From the NCBI GenBank assembly GCA_034669905.1, contig JAXMOL010000040.1, positions 1-64,000 on the forward strand: a DNA stretch of 64,000 nt. The letters run 5' to 3'. A model generated the notes under the pieces. The model saw only the letters and a program-made list of their open reading frames with translations, was not told the DNA's origin and did no database searches. The position numbers and the translations under genes were made by a program. This stretch comes from Candidatus Hydrogenedentota bacterium. Lineage in GTDB: Bacteria; Hydrogenedentota; Hydrogenedentia; Hydrogenedentales; JAEUWI01. Shown here in pieces: positions 29,703 to 40,200 of this stretch. Position 1 is the first letter of the stretch. Each line of letters begins with the position of its first letter.

Positions 29703-32465
29703 GTGGTTATGACTGGAATTCTGCGACATAGGCGTTGGGCCTTGCTGGCCATGGTGGCCTTATTGGCTAGTGCATGGGCCATTGCCCAAGGGCAATCTCC
29801 CACGTCGCCCCGACCCCGACCCGACATCCCGGACAATAGCACCGACCCCGTTGATGGCGCATCGGGCGCGCCCACGAACAGTCGCTTTGGCGAAGGCGGA
29901 CCCCGCTTTGGCCCAGACACCACCTCCGATGAGGGTGTGAAGAACCCACCCATTCGGCGGGCAACACGCCGAGAATCCCGTGACTCGGGCAGCACCCCGA
30001 TACGCGCCGTCACCGGCGGTAAAGTACACAACGCCCCGCCCGCCACGGGCCTCATCATGGGTAACGGTGCAGCTATCCCGCCCGCCAACGCGACCAACCC
30101 ACCCGCAGGACAGGAGCTCAATGTGGTGGGGAACGATAATGCAGCGCGATTCCTGCGCAATACCAACCGCTTCGATGCGATCCTCCAGCGGGAAGTCACC
30201 TACGCGCCCCTCCCGGAGGGCGGTGAGGCCATCATGGAGGTCATTGGCCCCATGAGTGTCTCGGAGTTCATGCAGGACATCCGTATCGCAACGATGTGGA
30301 ATGTGCTCATTTCCGACGCGGTGAAAGATAAGATCCTCGATTTCGCCATTACGAAGGCTACGCCCCAGCAGGCCATGGAAATTCTGAAGTTCCATGACCT
30401 CTATTATGAGTACGACCCGGCCACCGAATACCTCTACGTCATGTCCATCGAGGAATGGCAGGAGCGGGAATTCGGCGACTTGACCCAGCACACCTTCGCG
30501 CTGGAGCACACCGATGGAGAATATCTCCAGACCCTCTTACTCCCCCTTCTTTCCAGCCGGGGACGAATCATTCTGGACAGCCGTACCCGGCGCATCCACG
30601 TGTGGGATTCGGTCGATAACATTGAACTCATGGAAGCCACGGTCGCCGAAGCCGACGTACCCATGGGAAAACGGGAGTTCAAGGTCGATTTTGCCGATTT
30701 TGCCGATATCCAGGCCGCCATGATATCCATGCTCAGTGCCAACGGCAGCCTCCTTCCCGACAGCCGCACCAGCACGATCATCGTCTGGGACCAACCCGAC
30801 GTGCTCACCCGCATGGAAGAGGCCCTCGGCACCATTGATGTGCCCGTCGCTTCCCGTACCTTCTACCTCCAACATGTGCACGCGGAAGACATGCTGGATC
30901 ACCTGGAAGTCATGATCTCGGAGCGGGGCGTCATCCAGATCGATCCGCGCTACAATGCCATCATCGTTTCCGACCTGCCCGGCAAACTCGACCGCATTGA
31001 AGAGGTGCTTCAGGCTCTCGATCAGGAACTCGAATCCCGTACCTGGGTCATCGATTATGCCGACCTCGATTTCATTGCAGAACAGATCGAATCTCGCATC
31101 CCCCCGGAAATGGGCGAGATCATTGTCCACGAAGAAGTCCATCAGATTACGGTAAAAGGCATCCCGTCGCGCCTCGACGAGATTGAGGCCCTCATCAAGG
31201 TCTGGGACATACAACGGAAGCAGGTTCAGATCGAGGCCTTCATCGTGGAAGTTGGCAGCGATGTGGAGCGTGAGTTCAATATCAACTGGTCCTACTTCGG
31301 CTCGTCAGACGGGCGCCCCATCTTCGCCGACGGGGGCACGGGCTTTCAACCGGACGGCGGCAATCTCAATGTCGGCCAGCTTCCCTACACGGTGCCCCTT
31401 TACGGTGCCCTGGAGCTGGATGGTGCGGGCCAGATCGTACGGCCTCTCGTAACCAATACCGCCGGGGAAAATGTCGTCTCCCGGGTAGCGGGCAACAACC
31501 TCGCCGTCACCCTCGATTATCTGGACCAGAAAAATAAGGCCACCGTACTTTCCTCCCCCCGGGTCGCCGTACAAGATGGCGAGGAAGCTTCCTTCGACCA
31601 TGCGACCGAGGTGCCCTTCATCTCCTCCACCACCTTCTTTTCCAATGGCGGCCTGAATAACTTTGGCAACACCAACAACACCAACCGGGTTGAGTTCATT
31701 AACGTGGGAACGATTCTGCGGGTCCTGCCCAGAATCACCACAAAAGACAATATCCTGCTGGACATCAGCGCCGAAGACAGCACCTTCGTCGAAGTCCGGG
31801 TCCTCGCCAGTGACCAGCAATCCACCATCCCCCAGAAAACGGTCCGTCGCGCCGAAACCCAGCTGCGCATCCAATCGGGCGACACCGTCGTGCTCGGCGG
31901 TCTGCGCAGGGACCGTTCCGGCCAGACCGAGAACCGAACGCCCCTCTTGGGAGATCTTCCCGGCATAGGCCGCCTCTTCCGCTATCCCAATCGCCAATCG
32001 GAAAAAAACACCCTGCTCATTTTCATCACCCCCACCATCGTGGATGAATTCACCGACCCGGCCGCCGAAATTCTCGCCCGTGCCGAGGAGACCATCGCGG
32101 AATCCCACCGCCACAATCAGAAGAGCTTGTGGGGACGCCTGGCCGCCTCCGTCTCAAGACAGAAAAACGAACTGAGCATCGCCGTCGGGCAGAGTGGTGA
32201 TATTCATGCCGAAGGTGAGCGCGCCACCCTCCCCGAACTGGAGACCCTTTTTGCCGAAGCCCCCGCCCAGGTAGGGGTCGTGCTCCGCGCCCACCCCCGG
32301 GCACCCGACCGGATCGTCGCCGCGATTACCGAGCTGGCCCTCGATGCCGACCGCAAGCTGGAATTGGACAAGGATCTCATTCCCCTGATTCCCCGCTACC
32401 GCCCGTCCCCGGCGGAGAGCCCGGAACCCACAACCATTGAGGCATCAACGCCCCTCGAACCATAG
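29703..32465 (+). CDS. gspD: Secretin (GspD-like) with four N-domains and a C-terminal ExbD/TolR-like extension
   Basis: Signal peptide; repeated N-domains; QVQIEAFIVEV, LSSPRV, VGTIL.VLP.I, GDTVVLGGL and PLLGDLPGIGRLF...LLIFITPTIV. Start 29703 or 29709. Confidence 0.88.
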   Translation: MVMTGILRHRRWALLAMVALLASAWAIAQGQSPTSPRPRPDIPDNSTDPVDGASGAPTNSRFGEGGPRFGPDTTSDEGVKNPPIRRATRRESRDSGSTPIRAVTGGKVHNAPPATGLIMGNGAAIPPANATNPPAGQELNVVGNDNAARFLRNTNRFDAILQREVTYAPLPEGGEAIMEVIGPMSVSEFMQDIRIATMWNVLISDAVKDKILDFAITKATPQQAMEILKFHDLYYEYDPATEYLYVMSIEEWQEREFGDLTQHTFALEHTDGEYLQTLLLPLLSSRGRIILDSRTRRIHVWDSVDNIELMEATVAEADVPMGKREFKVDFADFADIQAAMISMLSANGSLLPDSRTSTIIVWDQPDVLTRMEEALGTIDVPVASRTFYLQHVHAEDMLDHLEVMISERGVIQIDPRYNAIIVSDLPGKLDRIEEVLQALDQELESRTWVIDYADLDFIAEQIESRIPPEMGEIIVHEEVHQITVKGIPSRLDEIEALIKVWDIQRKQVQIEAFIVEVGSDVEREFNINWSYFGSSDGRPIFADGGTGFQPDGGNLNVGQLPYTVPLYGALELDGAGQIVRPLVTNTAGENVVSRVAGNNLAVTLDYLDQKNKATVLSSPRVAVQDGEEASFDHATEVPFISSTTFFSNGGLNNFGNTNNTNRVEFINVGTILRVLPRITTKDNILLDISAEDSTFVEVRVLASDQQSTIPQKTVRRAETQLRIQSGDTVVLGGLRRDRSGQTENRTPLLGDLPGIGRLFRYPNRQSEKNTLLIFITPTIVDEFTDPAAEILARAEETIAESHRHNQKSLWGRLAASVSRQKNELSIAVGQSGDIHAEGERATLPELETLFAEAPAQVGVVLRAHPRAPDRIVAAITELALDADRKLELDKDLIPLIPRYRPSPAESPEPTTIEASTPLEP

Positions 32466-32584
32466 ACACGAAGGCAGAAACACATGGTATACTTGGGGTA
32501 TACTATGGGCCTTCGGGGGCGTCGGGCTACGTCGTACCCTTTCCCATCCAAACGAAAACCTTTTACATAATACGGTACCTATCA

Positions 32585-32839
32585 TTGCAATCAGAAAACG
32601 ACAAAAAGAACGCCTCTCCACTCCGCAAAGGTGACCGCGCCTACTACGACAGCCTTTCCGATGAGCAGCTGGACGAACACTGGGCCCAACGGGCGACACT
32701 GGGACTCACCGAAGCCGAGGAAGGCTTCCTGCGTAACCTCGTGCGTAACCGCAAGGGATTCAAACCCGTAGAAGTCCACGTCTCCATCTGTCAGCGGTGT
32801 AATCTGCCGGCCAACAATTGTGCCTGCCTGAACACCTGA
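32585..32839 (+). CDS. Small hypothetical protein with C-terminal CxxC-x6-CxC
   Basis: 84-aa ORF ending CQRCNLPANNCAC; codon pattern is gene-like. Confidence 0.55.
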   Translation: MQSENDKKNASPLRKGDRAYYDSLSDEQLDEHWAQRATLGLTEAEEGFLRNLVRNRKGFKPVEVHVSICQRCNLPANNCACLNT

Positions 32840-32950
32840 GCAAGGCACCCGGGTGGCACGCTCGCTCCCCCTGTGTTATGCTGACGACCGTATCGGCTCC
32901 TGTAGAATATGAATTCGGCGAGCTCACCCCGTAGCAAGAGGAAATCCATC

Positions 32951-33328
32951 ATGGCTGGCGCAAAAAATGTACTCGGAACTGACCTTCAAAGTTGCTCTCA
33001 CGACCCCCTCACCGGGTTCTACCGCGACGGCTGCTGCAACACAGGGGCTGAAGATCTGGGGCTCCACATCGTGTGCATCCGCGCAACGGAAGAATTCCTG
33101 AGCTTCTCACGCCAGCAAGGAAACGATCTCAGCACACCCCGTCCCGAGATGAACTTCGCGGGCGTCCAGCCTGGTGATCAGTGGTGTCTTTGCGCCATGC
33201 GCTGGAAGGAAGCGCTCGACGCGGGTATGGCCCCTCCCGTGGTGTTGGAAGCCACCCATATTTCTACGTTGGAATTCGTGAACCTGTCTGATCTACGTGA
33301 TCACGCGGTGGACGCCGAGACCACCTGA
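32951..33328 (+). CDS. DUF2237 family protein
   Basis: Motifs NVLG..L..CS.DP.TGFYRDGCC, GNDLSTP and WCLCA.RW.EA. Confidence 0.93.
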   Translation: MAGAKNVLGTDLQSCSHDPLTGFYRDGCCNTGAEDLGLHIVCIRATEEFLSFSRQQGNDLSTPRPEMNFAGVQPGDQWCLCAMRWKEALDAGMAPPVVLEATHISTLEFVNLSDLRDHAVDAETT

Positions 33329-33656
33329 GTCCCATTACTCCCCCGCCTTGCCGTCTTTTTTCTACGGAACACCGTCCATGAGCAGGGCCTCGTGGTCCGA
33401 TGCCCTCCGCGCCGGGTTCAATTGGGCCGCCCCCATGCCCCGTCCACTCCCCTTTGGTATTGCAACATACCCGATGAGGAAGTCACGAGAACATAGACCG
33501 TCGTGATTCTACCGCAATTTGCCCCTTCCCGCTCCGTCTAAAGGGGCCGTTCGAATCCATTGGCCTCTCAAAAAACTTCAAGCCCTCCCGGGTTTGCTCC
33601 CTACCCGTCTGCCGACTTCGCCACGTTGGGTACTCATCAATTCGTAACAGAGTTGC

Positions 33657-36116
33657 ATGCCGCCTATGGCGCCGAATACACTCTTTCAAGCACTGATTTC
33701 CTTCGAAAGAGCGGGGTGGGAAGGGGCATTCGCCCGCCGCGTTATTGGTTCAACGCCCAGCGAGGTTTACGTTATCAAGCGCCTGCCACTTATACCCATC
33801 CTTTTGGCCCCATTCCTTTTTGCGACGACCGGCGATGCCCTTACCGATGAAGAACTCCTCCCTATCCGGGACGGTTTCGAGGGACGCCGTGACACCTATC
33901 TGAAGGACTACCTCGCCGCCCCCATTTATGAATTCGACGAAGGCATCGTGGCCAGTGGCACCCACATCAGCGACGCCCGTTGGATATGGTATCCGGGCGA
34001 AATGGCCGACCGTAGCGCCCCCATTGGCGCCCGACATTTTCAACGAAGCGTCGTGATTCCTGAGGGTCGTGTCCTCCAAAAGGCCTATTGCGCATTTGCC
34101 GCCGACAATTACGGCGATATCTTGATTAACGGAGAACGCGTGGGCCGCTCCAGTGGCTTTCAAAAAGCCACCGTGCTGGACATCACGAGACGACTCACCG
34201 AGACCGAAAACCACATCGAAGTTTCCGCCCACAATGCCGGCGACGCCCCCAACCCCGCGGGTATCGCCGGTGTAATTCACCTGGAGTATAGCGATGGCCC
34301 TCCCCAGCTGATCTACACCGATGCGGACTGGGCCGTACGCAAAGAGACCGAAACCGCCTGGAGCCCGGCCGAAGTATTGGGGACGACCGGAATGGCTCCC
34401 TGGGGGCCCGTGGGCCTCGAAGTGGAGGGCTATGTAAACCGCTACGTATTCACGCGATTAACCTATGCGCTCGCCGCCCTCTACTTAAACGAGGACCTTT
34501 CCCAGGCGAACGCCTACATTATTGAATCCGTGGACCAAATCCGCAGACAGCACCAGTCGGTGGGTGAGTTCGGCCTCCACTGGATGGGAGGAGCCTTCTA
34601 CCGGATCTATGGGCTCTTCGGTCCCAGTGGAACCCGCGGTGAGCTACTTAATCCGGAGGCCTCCCAAAAGGTCTGGCAGCTCTTCGCCGACTGGGCCGTA
34701 GAAGAGTGTGATATCGCCAACGTCAATCCCGAGTACACCTGGCGGCTCTGGGGCAGCGAGAATCACAGTGCCCAACGAGACGCCACCACCTGGGCCGCTG
34801 CACGTATGATCGCCCTGGAAGCACGGGGGCGCAACCTGGTATATGCCGACGGCCATAGTCCAGAGGCCCACCTGGAGGCCTCCCGGGCCTTCATGAAACG
34901 CTACTTTCGAGAACGTATCAAGCGCGGTATGTTGGTGGAGATATCCCCCTCCGGGTATGGCTCCCGCACGCTTCAGGGGTGGCACAACATCTACGACTTC
35001 AGCACCGACCCCGAGCTGAAGCAGCTGGCCATATCGGCCCTCGATCTCTGGTGGGCCGAGTGGGCTCAGGAACAGCTGGGGCAAATGCGTGGCGGTGGGA
35101 AGACGCGGCTCTACCCCGGTGCCTGGGCCCTGTCTGGCCACGACCGCAACCGTGCTATGAGCTGGTTTTACCTCGGCGAAGGGCACCCGGCCCATCAGCA
35201 CGAAACCCTCCCCGTCATTGCGACGACCGAATACCGCCTTCCCCTGGTCGTCATGGACATTGCCCTCGATCCCGAAGGGCGCGGTGTCTATGAGTGTCGT
35301 TCCCGAAAACTCGGCCGCCATCTGAGTTATGAGTCCTCCCTCAAGCTCTCAAAACCCAATGAACCCGTCTACGATGTCGATCCGGAATATGGTGGCATTG
35401 TGCGCTATTCTTATTGCACGCCTGACTTCATCATGGGAACCTTGCTTCTCGAAAACCGCCCCAAAGAATATTGGACGGCGATCAGCCAGCAGAACCGTTG
35501 GCACGGCATCATCTTCTCCGGCGACCGGGACTCCACCCTCTACCCCCGCTGCGCCACCAGCCGGAGCACCTACAATGGTCAGTGGGCGATTCAGCACAAA
35601 GGCACATTAATTACGCAGAAACTGCGCGATTCCGATCAGGCCGGTGCCATGCGGGTATGTGCCTCCGAGGATCTCAAACGCGAGGAAGAGAATGGATGGC
35701 TCTTTTTGGAAGCCACCGGCGCCTATGCGGCCGTAAAGATTGTCCACGGCGGCAGCACCTGGGAAAACAAACGGTGGTTGCGTTGTGAGGATGAATTCAC
35801 GCCCATCATATTTGAAGTGGTTCGAAAGCAGGACTTCAACCACGACTACAATGCCTTTAAAGACGCCATCGCGAAACAGCACATTACCCTGGAGCAGGGA
35901 GTGCTGGAATATAAAGGTCTGCAGGACTCGGGCGAGTTCACCTTCTACACCGAAAGTGACCGCGCCCCTGAACTCAATGGCGAACCCATCGCGCTGGCAC
36001 CGGACTATGGCATCCAGAGTCCGTTCATCGTTTCCCGGTGGGCAGAAGGGGTGGTAAAAATACAGAAAGACACGCGCGTACTCACCATCGATGTACGCCA
36101 CAACGACGCGACGTGA
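33657..36116 (+). CDS. Secreted hypothetical protein with a rhamnosidase-N-like beta domain and a heparinase/lyase-like alpha-toroid region
   Basis: WIW...RHFQR...ADN...ING...NPAG block, then SENH, E..PSGY and RGGGK.R. The true start is probably nearer 33770 (hydrophobic signal LPLIPILLAPFLF). Confidence 0.6.
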   Translation: MPPMAPNTLFQALISFERAGWEGAFARRVIGSTPSEVYVIKRLPLIPILLAPFLFATTGDALTDEELLPIRDGFEGRRDTYLKDYLAAPIYEFDEGIVASGTHISDARWIWYPGEMADRSAPIGARHFQRSVVIPEGRVLQKAYCAFAADNYGDILINGERVGRSSGFQKATVLDITRRLTETENHIEVSAHNAGDAPNPAGIAGVIHLEYSDGPPQLIYTDADWAVRKETETAWSPAEVLGTTGMAPWGPVGLEVEGYVNRYVFTRLTYALAALYLNEDLSQANAYIIESVDQIRRQHQSVGEFGLHWMGGAFYRIYGLFGPSGTRGELLNPEASQKVWQLFADWAVEECDIANVNPEYTWRLWGSENHSAQRDATTWAAARMIALEARGRNLVYADGHSPEAHLEASRAFMKRYFRERIKRGMLVEISPSGYGSRTLQGWHNIYDFSTDPELKQLAISALDLWWAEWAQEQLGQMRGGGKTRLYPGAWALSGHDRNRAMSWFYLGEGHPAHQHETLPVIATTEYRLPLVVMDIALDPEGRGVYECRSRKLGRHLSYESSLKLSKPNEPVYDVDPEYGGIVRYSYCTPDFIMGTLLLENRPKEYWTAISQQNRWHGIIFSGDRDSTLYPRCATSRSTYNGQWAIQHKGTLITQKLRDSDQAGAMRVCASEDLKREEENGWLFLEATGAYAAVKIVHGGSTWENKRWLRCEDEFTPIIFEVVRKQDFNHDYNAFKDAIAKQHITLEQGVLEYKGLQDSGEFTFYTESDRAPELNGEPIALAPDYGIQSPFIVSRWAEGVVKIQKDTRVLTIDVRHNDAT

Positions 36117-36119
36117 GCC

Positions 36120-37277
36120 CTAGTCCCCCATCTCATCGTGAATCGCGATAAACCTCGCTTCTACGGCGACAAAGGCGTCGATGAGCTGGGGGTCGAAATG
36201 CTCGCCCCGCTCCGCCAAGAGGATGCTCCGTGCCTTTTCGTGGGAAAAGGGCTCCTTGTAGCAGCGCCGACTGCGCAGGGCGTCATATACATCACCCACC
36301 GCCATGATGCGCGCCGCGAGGGGGATAGCGTTTCCACGAAGCCCTTGGGGGTAGCCCTTGCCATTCCATTTCTCATGATGGCTCTGCGCGATCTCAATTC
36401 CCACCTGAATAAAGCTATTGTTCGGATGTTGCTGAAACACCGCCCGCAAATTATTCGCCCCGATTTCCGCGTGGGTCTTCATGGTGTCAAACTCTTCCGC
36501 CGTCAGCCTCCCCGGCTTATTGAGAATCGCATCGGGAATCGCCACCTTGCCAATGTCATGCAAGGGGCTCGCATGGGCCACGTTTTTCGCAAACTCCTCG
36601 TCCACTTCTGTATGCCCCGGAAGTCCCTTTAGATACGCGGTAATCGCTGTGCAGTAAAGCTGGGTACGCTCAATGTGCTTGCCCGTATCATCATCGCGCG
36701 CCTCCGCGATCTTACACATGGCCATAATGGTGGCCAGTTGGGCCTGTGAAACCTCCTCCTTTGCCGTGATGACCTCCCGCGTACGCTGCTCCACGAGTTC
36801 GCTGAGATCGTCATTGTGCTGCTTCAGGGCGATACGAAGCTGACGAAGTTTGATGTGCGTGTCGATGCGGGCCTGAACCTCCTCAAAGTTGAAGGGCTTG
36901 GTAATATAGTCCAGCCCCCCTTTTCGGAACGCCTCTAACTTGTCATTCGTATCGCTCAGCGCACTAATAAAAATCACCGGGATATCTGCGGTCTTCTCGT
37001 CCCCTTTCAGCCGTTCGCAGACTTCATAGCCATCCATATCGGGCATGTTGATATCCAGGAGAATCAAGTCCGGAGGAGCGCTCGCTGCGGCACGGAGTGC
37101 CATGGCGCCGTTGGGACAGGGCCGGGCATCATAACCCGAACGGCGCAGCATGTCCTGCAAAAGCCTTAAGTTTGCCACCGTATCGTCCACAATGAGGACG
37201 GTAGGTCTATCGCTGGAACCTGTCATTGACTGCCTTTCGTATTCAAGTCCATCCAACTCATTTCCGCTTCTCATCAT
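36120..37277 (-). CDS. Response regulator with HD-GYP domain (RpfG-like c-di-GMP phosphodiesterase)
   Basis: REC domain (IVDD, LLDINMP, KP); HDIGK; HHEKWNGKGYPQGL; DVYDAL. Confidence 0.93.
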   Translation of the reverse strand: MMRSGNELDGLEYERQSMTGSSDRPTVLIVDDTVANLRLLQDMLRRSGYDARPCPNGAMALRAAASAPPDLILLDINMPDMDGYEVCERLKGDEKTADIPVIFISALSDTNDKLEAFRKGGLDYITKPFNFEEVQARIDTHIKLRQLRIALKQHNDDLSELVEQRTREVITAKEEVSQAQLATIMAMCKIAEARDDDTGKHIERTQLYCTAITAYLKGLPGHTEVDEEFAKNVAHASPLHDIGKVAIPDAILNKPGRLTAEEFDTMKTHAEIGANNLRAVFQQHPNNSFIQVGIEIAQSHHEKWNGKGYPQGLRGNAIPLAARIMAVGDVYDALRSRRCYKEPFSHEKARSILLAERGEHFDPQLIDAFVAVEARFIAIHDEMGD

Positions 37278-40200
37278 GACTTCGTTGTTGATTCGACCTC
37301 ATCCAGCAGGCGCAGTATTTCGTCGTATTCAAACTGGTCCGCGAAACCTTGCAGCAACGCCCCCAACCCCGCGTGCTCGTCCTCCAGTTGTGCGAGGATT
37401 GCGGCGATACGTTCTCCATGACAACTGACCGCAGCATCTCGCAACTCCTCCCGCACCGAATCCGGCAGTGCAGAGAACTGTCCGGAAACTGGCTCGCTCG
37501 AATCCTTGCCAGGGGGCTCCTCGTCACTATAGCGATACGAGACAAACAGATTCTCCCGTATGGCCTCAAGAATAGACGGAATCGAATAGGGTTTTCGCAC
37601 AAAGCCATCGGCCCCCGCGCGCAGGACCTTTTCTTTCTCTTCCTCAAACACGGTGGCCGTTGCCACCACGATGGGCAAGGTCTGAAGTTCTTTCTTTGCT
37701 CTTATTTCTGCGATGGTCTCATAGCCATCCATACCGGGCATCGCGATATCCAGAAATACCAGATCCGGTGTCCGCTCAAAAACTGTCTTCACGGCACTGG
37801 CCCCATCCTTGCAAGACCGTACCGCGAAGCCAACCCGCTCAAGGATTGCACGGAGGAGTTCCAGGTTACTGACCATGTCATCGACGATCAGGATCTCCGG
37901 AGCGGGGCCGCCGCCCGCGAGGCCGATCACATGGCGCTCCCGACTCCCCACCACCAGGCCATCATTCACGGCCCCAATCGTTACCGGTAGTTCCAATCGG
38001 AAAACACTACCTTGACCTTCCTCGCTCTCCACCGTAAGGTCACCGTCCATCAGCCGCGCATACTGACGGCTGATCGGAAGTCCTAAGCCCGTCCCTGACG
38101 AAGCCCCTCTCCCGGAAGCCGTCTGAACAAACGCCTCGAACACCTGATCCATTTCTGCGGCGGAAATACCCGGTCCCGTATCGTGCACTTCCACCGTCAA
38201 TCGGCATACTCCCGGTCGCAGTAACGGGGCCTGAGCCCAGAGGCGAATGCCTCCCTCCTCCGTAAATTTTGCCGCGTTTCCCAACAGGTTATACAGGATC
38301 TGGCGAATCTTTCCCTGGTCCCCATGAATTATCCGGGGCGTACCACGCTCACACTGCACCTCAAAGCTCAGTGCTTTTTTGTTCGTCTTCAATCGAAACG
38401 TTTGCTCCAATTCCCGAAGCAACCCGTAAAAATCAAACTCGGTTGGATTCAGGGTGGCACTCCCGGATTCAATCTTGGACATGTCCAGGATATCATTGAT
38501 GACCGCCAAGAGGTGCTCACCACTTCGATTGATGGTTTGCACGTGGGTGAGCTGTTCCCCACTGAGCTCTCCGGACTCTTCCAGCAACTGTGAGAATCCC
38601 AGGATCGCGTTCATGGGGGTTCGTATCTCATGCGACATGTTGGCCAGGAATGCGCTCTTCGCCGTGCTGGCGATCTCTGCTTCCTGCTTCGCCCGCACCG
38701 ACTCCAGCTCGGCCTGCTTGCGGCGCGTGATGTCCTCAAAAGCAACCACCACATGGGTCTGCTCCTGAATCAGAAATCGATTCCCTCGAATCGTATAGTG
38801 ACTGCAGCAGTCGGCCGGCCCATAGCTGAGATCCAATTCGAAGGCGGCGCAATCCCCGTTGATTACATTGTGGAGTAAGCGAACAGCCCGAAGACACGCG
38901 GTATCTCCCTGCTTCCCCATCTCCTCCAGGCGCCGGATCAAGCTGTCGGAAAGGTCCAGCGAATTCTCCCCCCCCTGGGCAAACATCCCCAAATCGCGCC
39001 ACGCCTTGTTGACAAACAAAATCATTCCGGAATCATCCACCACACAAACATGGTTCGTCAGTGAATCCAGGGTGTACTCCACGAATCGCCGCGTAGCCGC
39101 CACCTCACGTGTTCGGGCATTGACCCGTTCCTCCAGGGTCGCATTGAGCTCTCGAATCCGCTCCTGCTGTTTTTTTTGTTCCGTGATGTCCCGATTAATA
39201 CTGAAAAACTTTACAAATTCCCCGTCCCGATTGAAAATCGGTTGAATGTGCAGTTCGATCCAGTACGAAGCACCGGACTTGGTGTAGTTCAAGATCTCCT
39301 CGCGAATCGCCTGCCGCTCGCGCAGTGCCGCACCAATACGTGTTACGGTCGCCTGGTCCGTGTCAGGCCCCTGAAGGAACCTACCCGGCTTCTTGCCCAA
39401 CACTTCATCCAGTGAATACCCCGTGAGGCGTGTAAAGCCCGGGTTCGTCCATTCGATGTGGCCCTCCTTGTCCGTCATGATGACCGTGTTATCCGTTTCA
39501 CTGGCGATAAGGGCCAGCTTGCGCAACTCCGCTTTGTCACGGGCACGCCCGGTCACATCAACGCCCGTCACGACCACATGGCTCGGTGCCCCCAAGCTGT
39601 CCGTAGCCAGCACGCTGCTCCATTCCACCAGGCGCAGTTCTTCCCCGGGGCCCGTCCAGTAGCTTCGGTGGGTGTTGGGAAAGGCCGCCCCCGAGAAGCG
39701 CTCAAAAAGCACCTCCATCTCCTGGCGCTTTTCCGGCAGCACCATCAAGGCACTGAACGGCGTTCCCAGCACGTGCTCCTTGCTACGCCCCGTCACCAAC
39801 TCGAAGGCCCGGTTTATTCGTCGAATACGGCCCGTAAGGTCAAGGACGAGAATGAGCGCTTCCACATGGTTCAGCACGACCGACATGAAATTTCGCTCAG
39901 ACCGCAACTGCCCTTCCAGGCGCTTCCCCCGGAGGCTGTAACGGATGGCACGGTCCAGCAATGCGGCGGAAAGGGACTCCTTGACCAGATAATCCATGGC
40001 CCCCGCAGACATGGCTTCTACATCCATTTCGTAGTTGCTCTGCCCCGTCAGCATAATAAAGGATACCGACGGATGCCTCGGCACACCATTGCGTATAAAT
40101 GTCAGACCATCGGTGCTGCCGAGGCGGGAATCGACCAACGCCACGTCAAAGCGAGACTCCATCAGCAGTCGCTCACCCGTTTCTGCGGTCGCCGCCCAGA

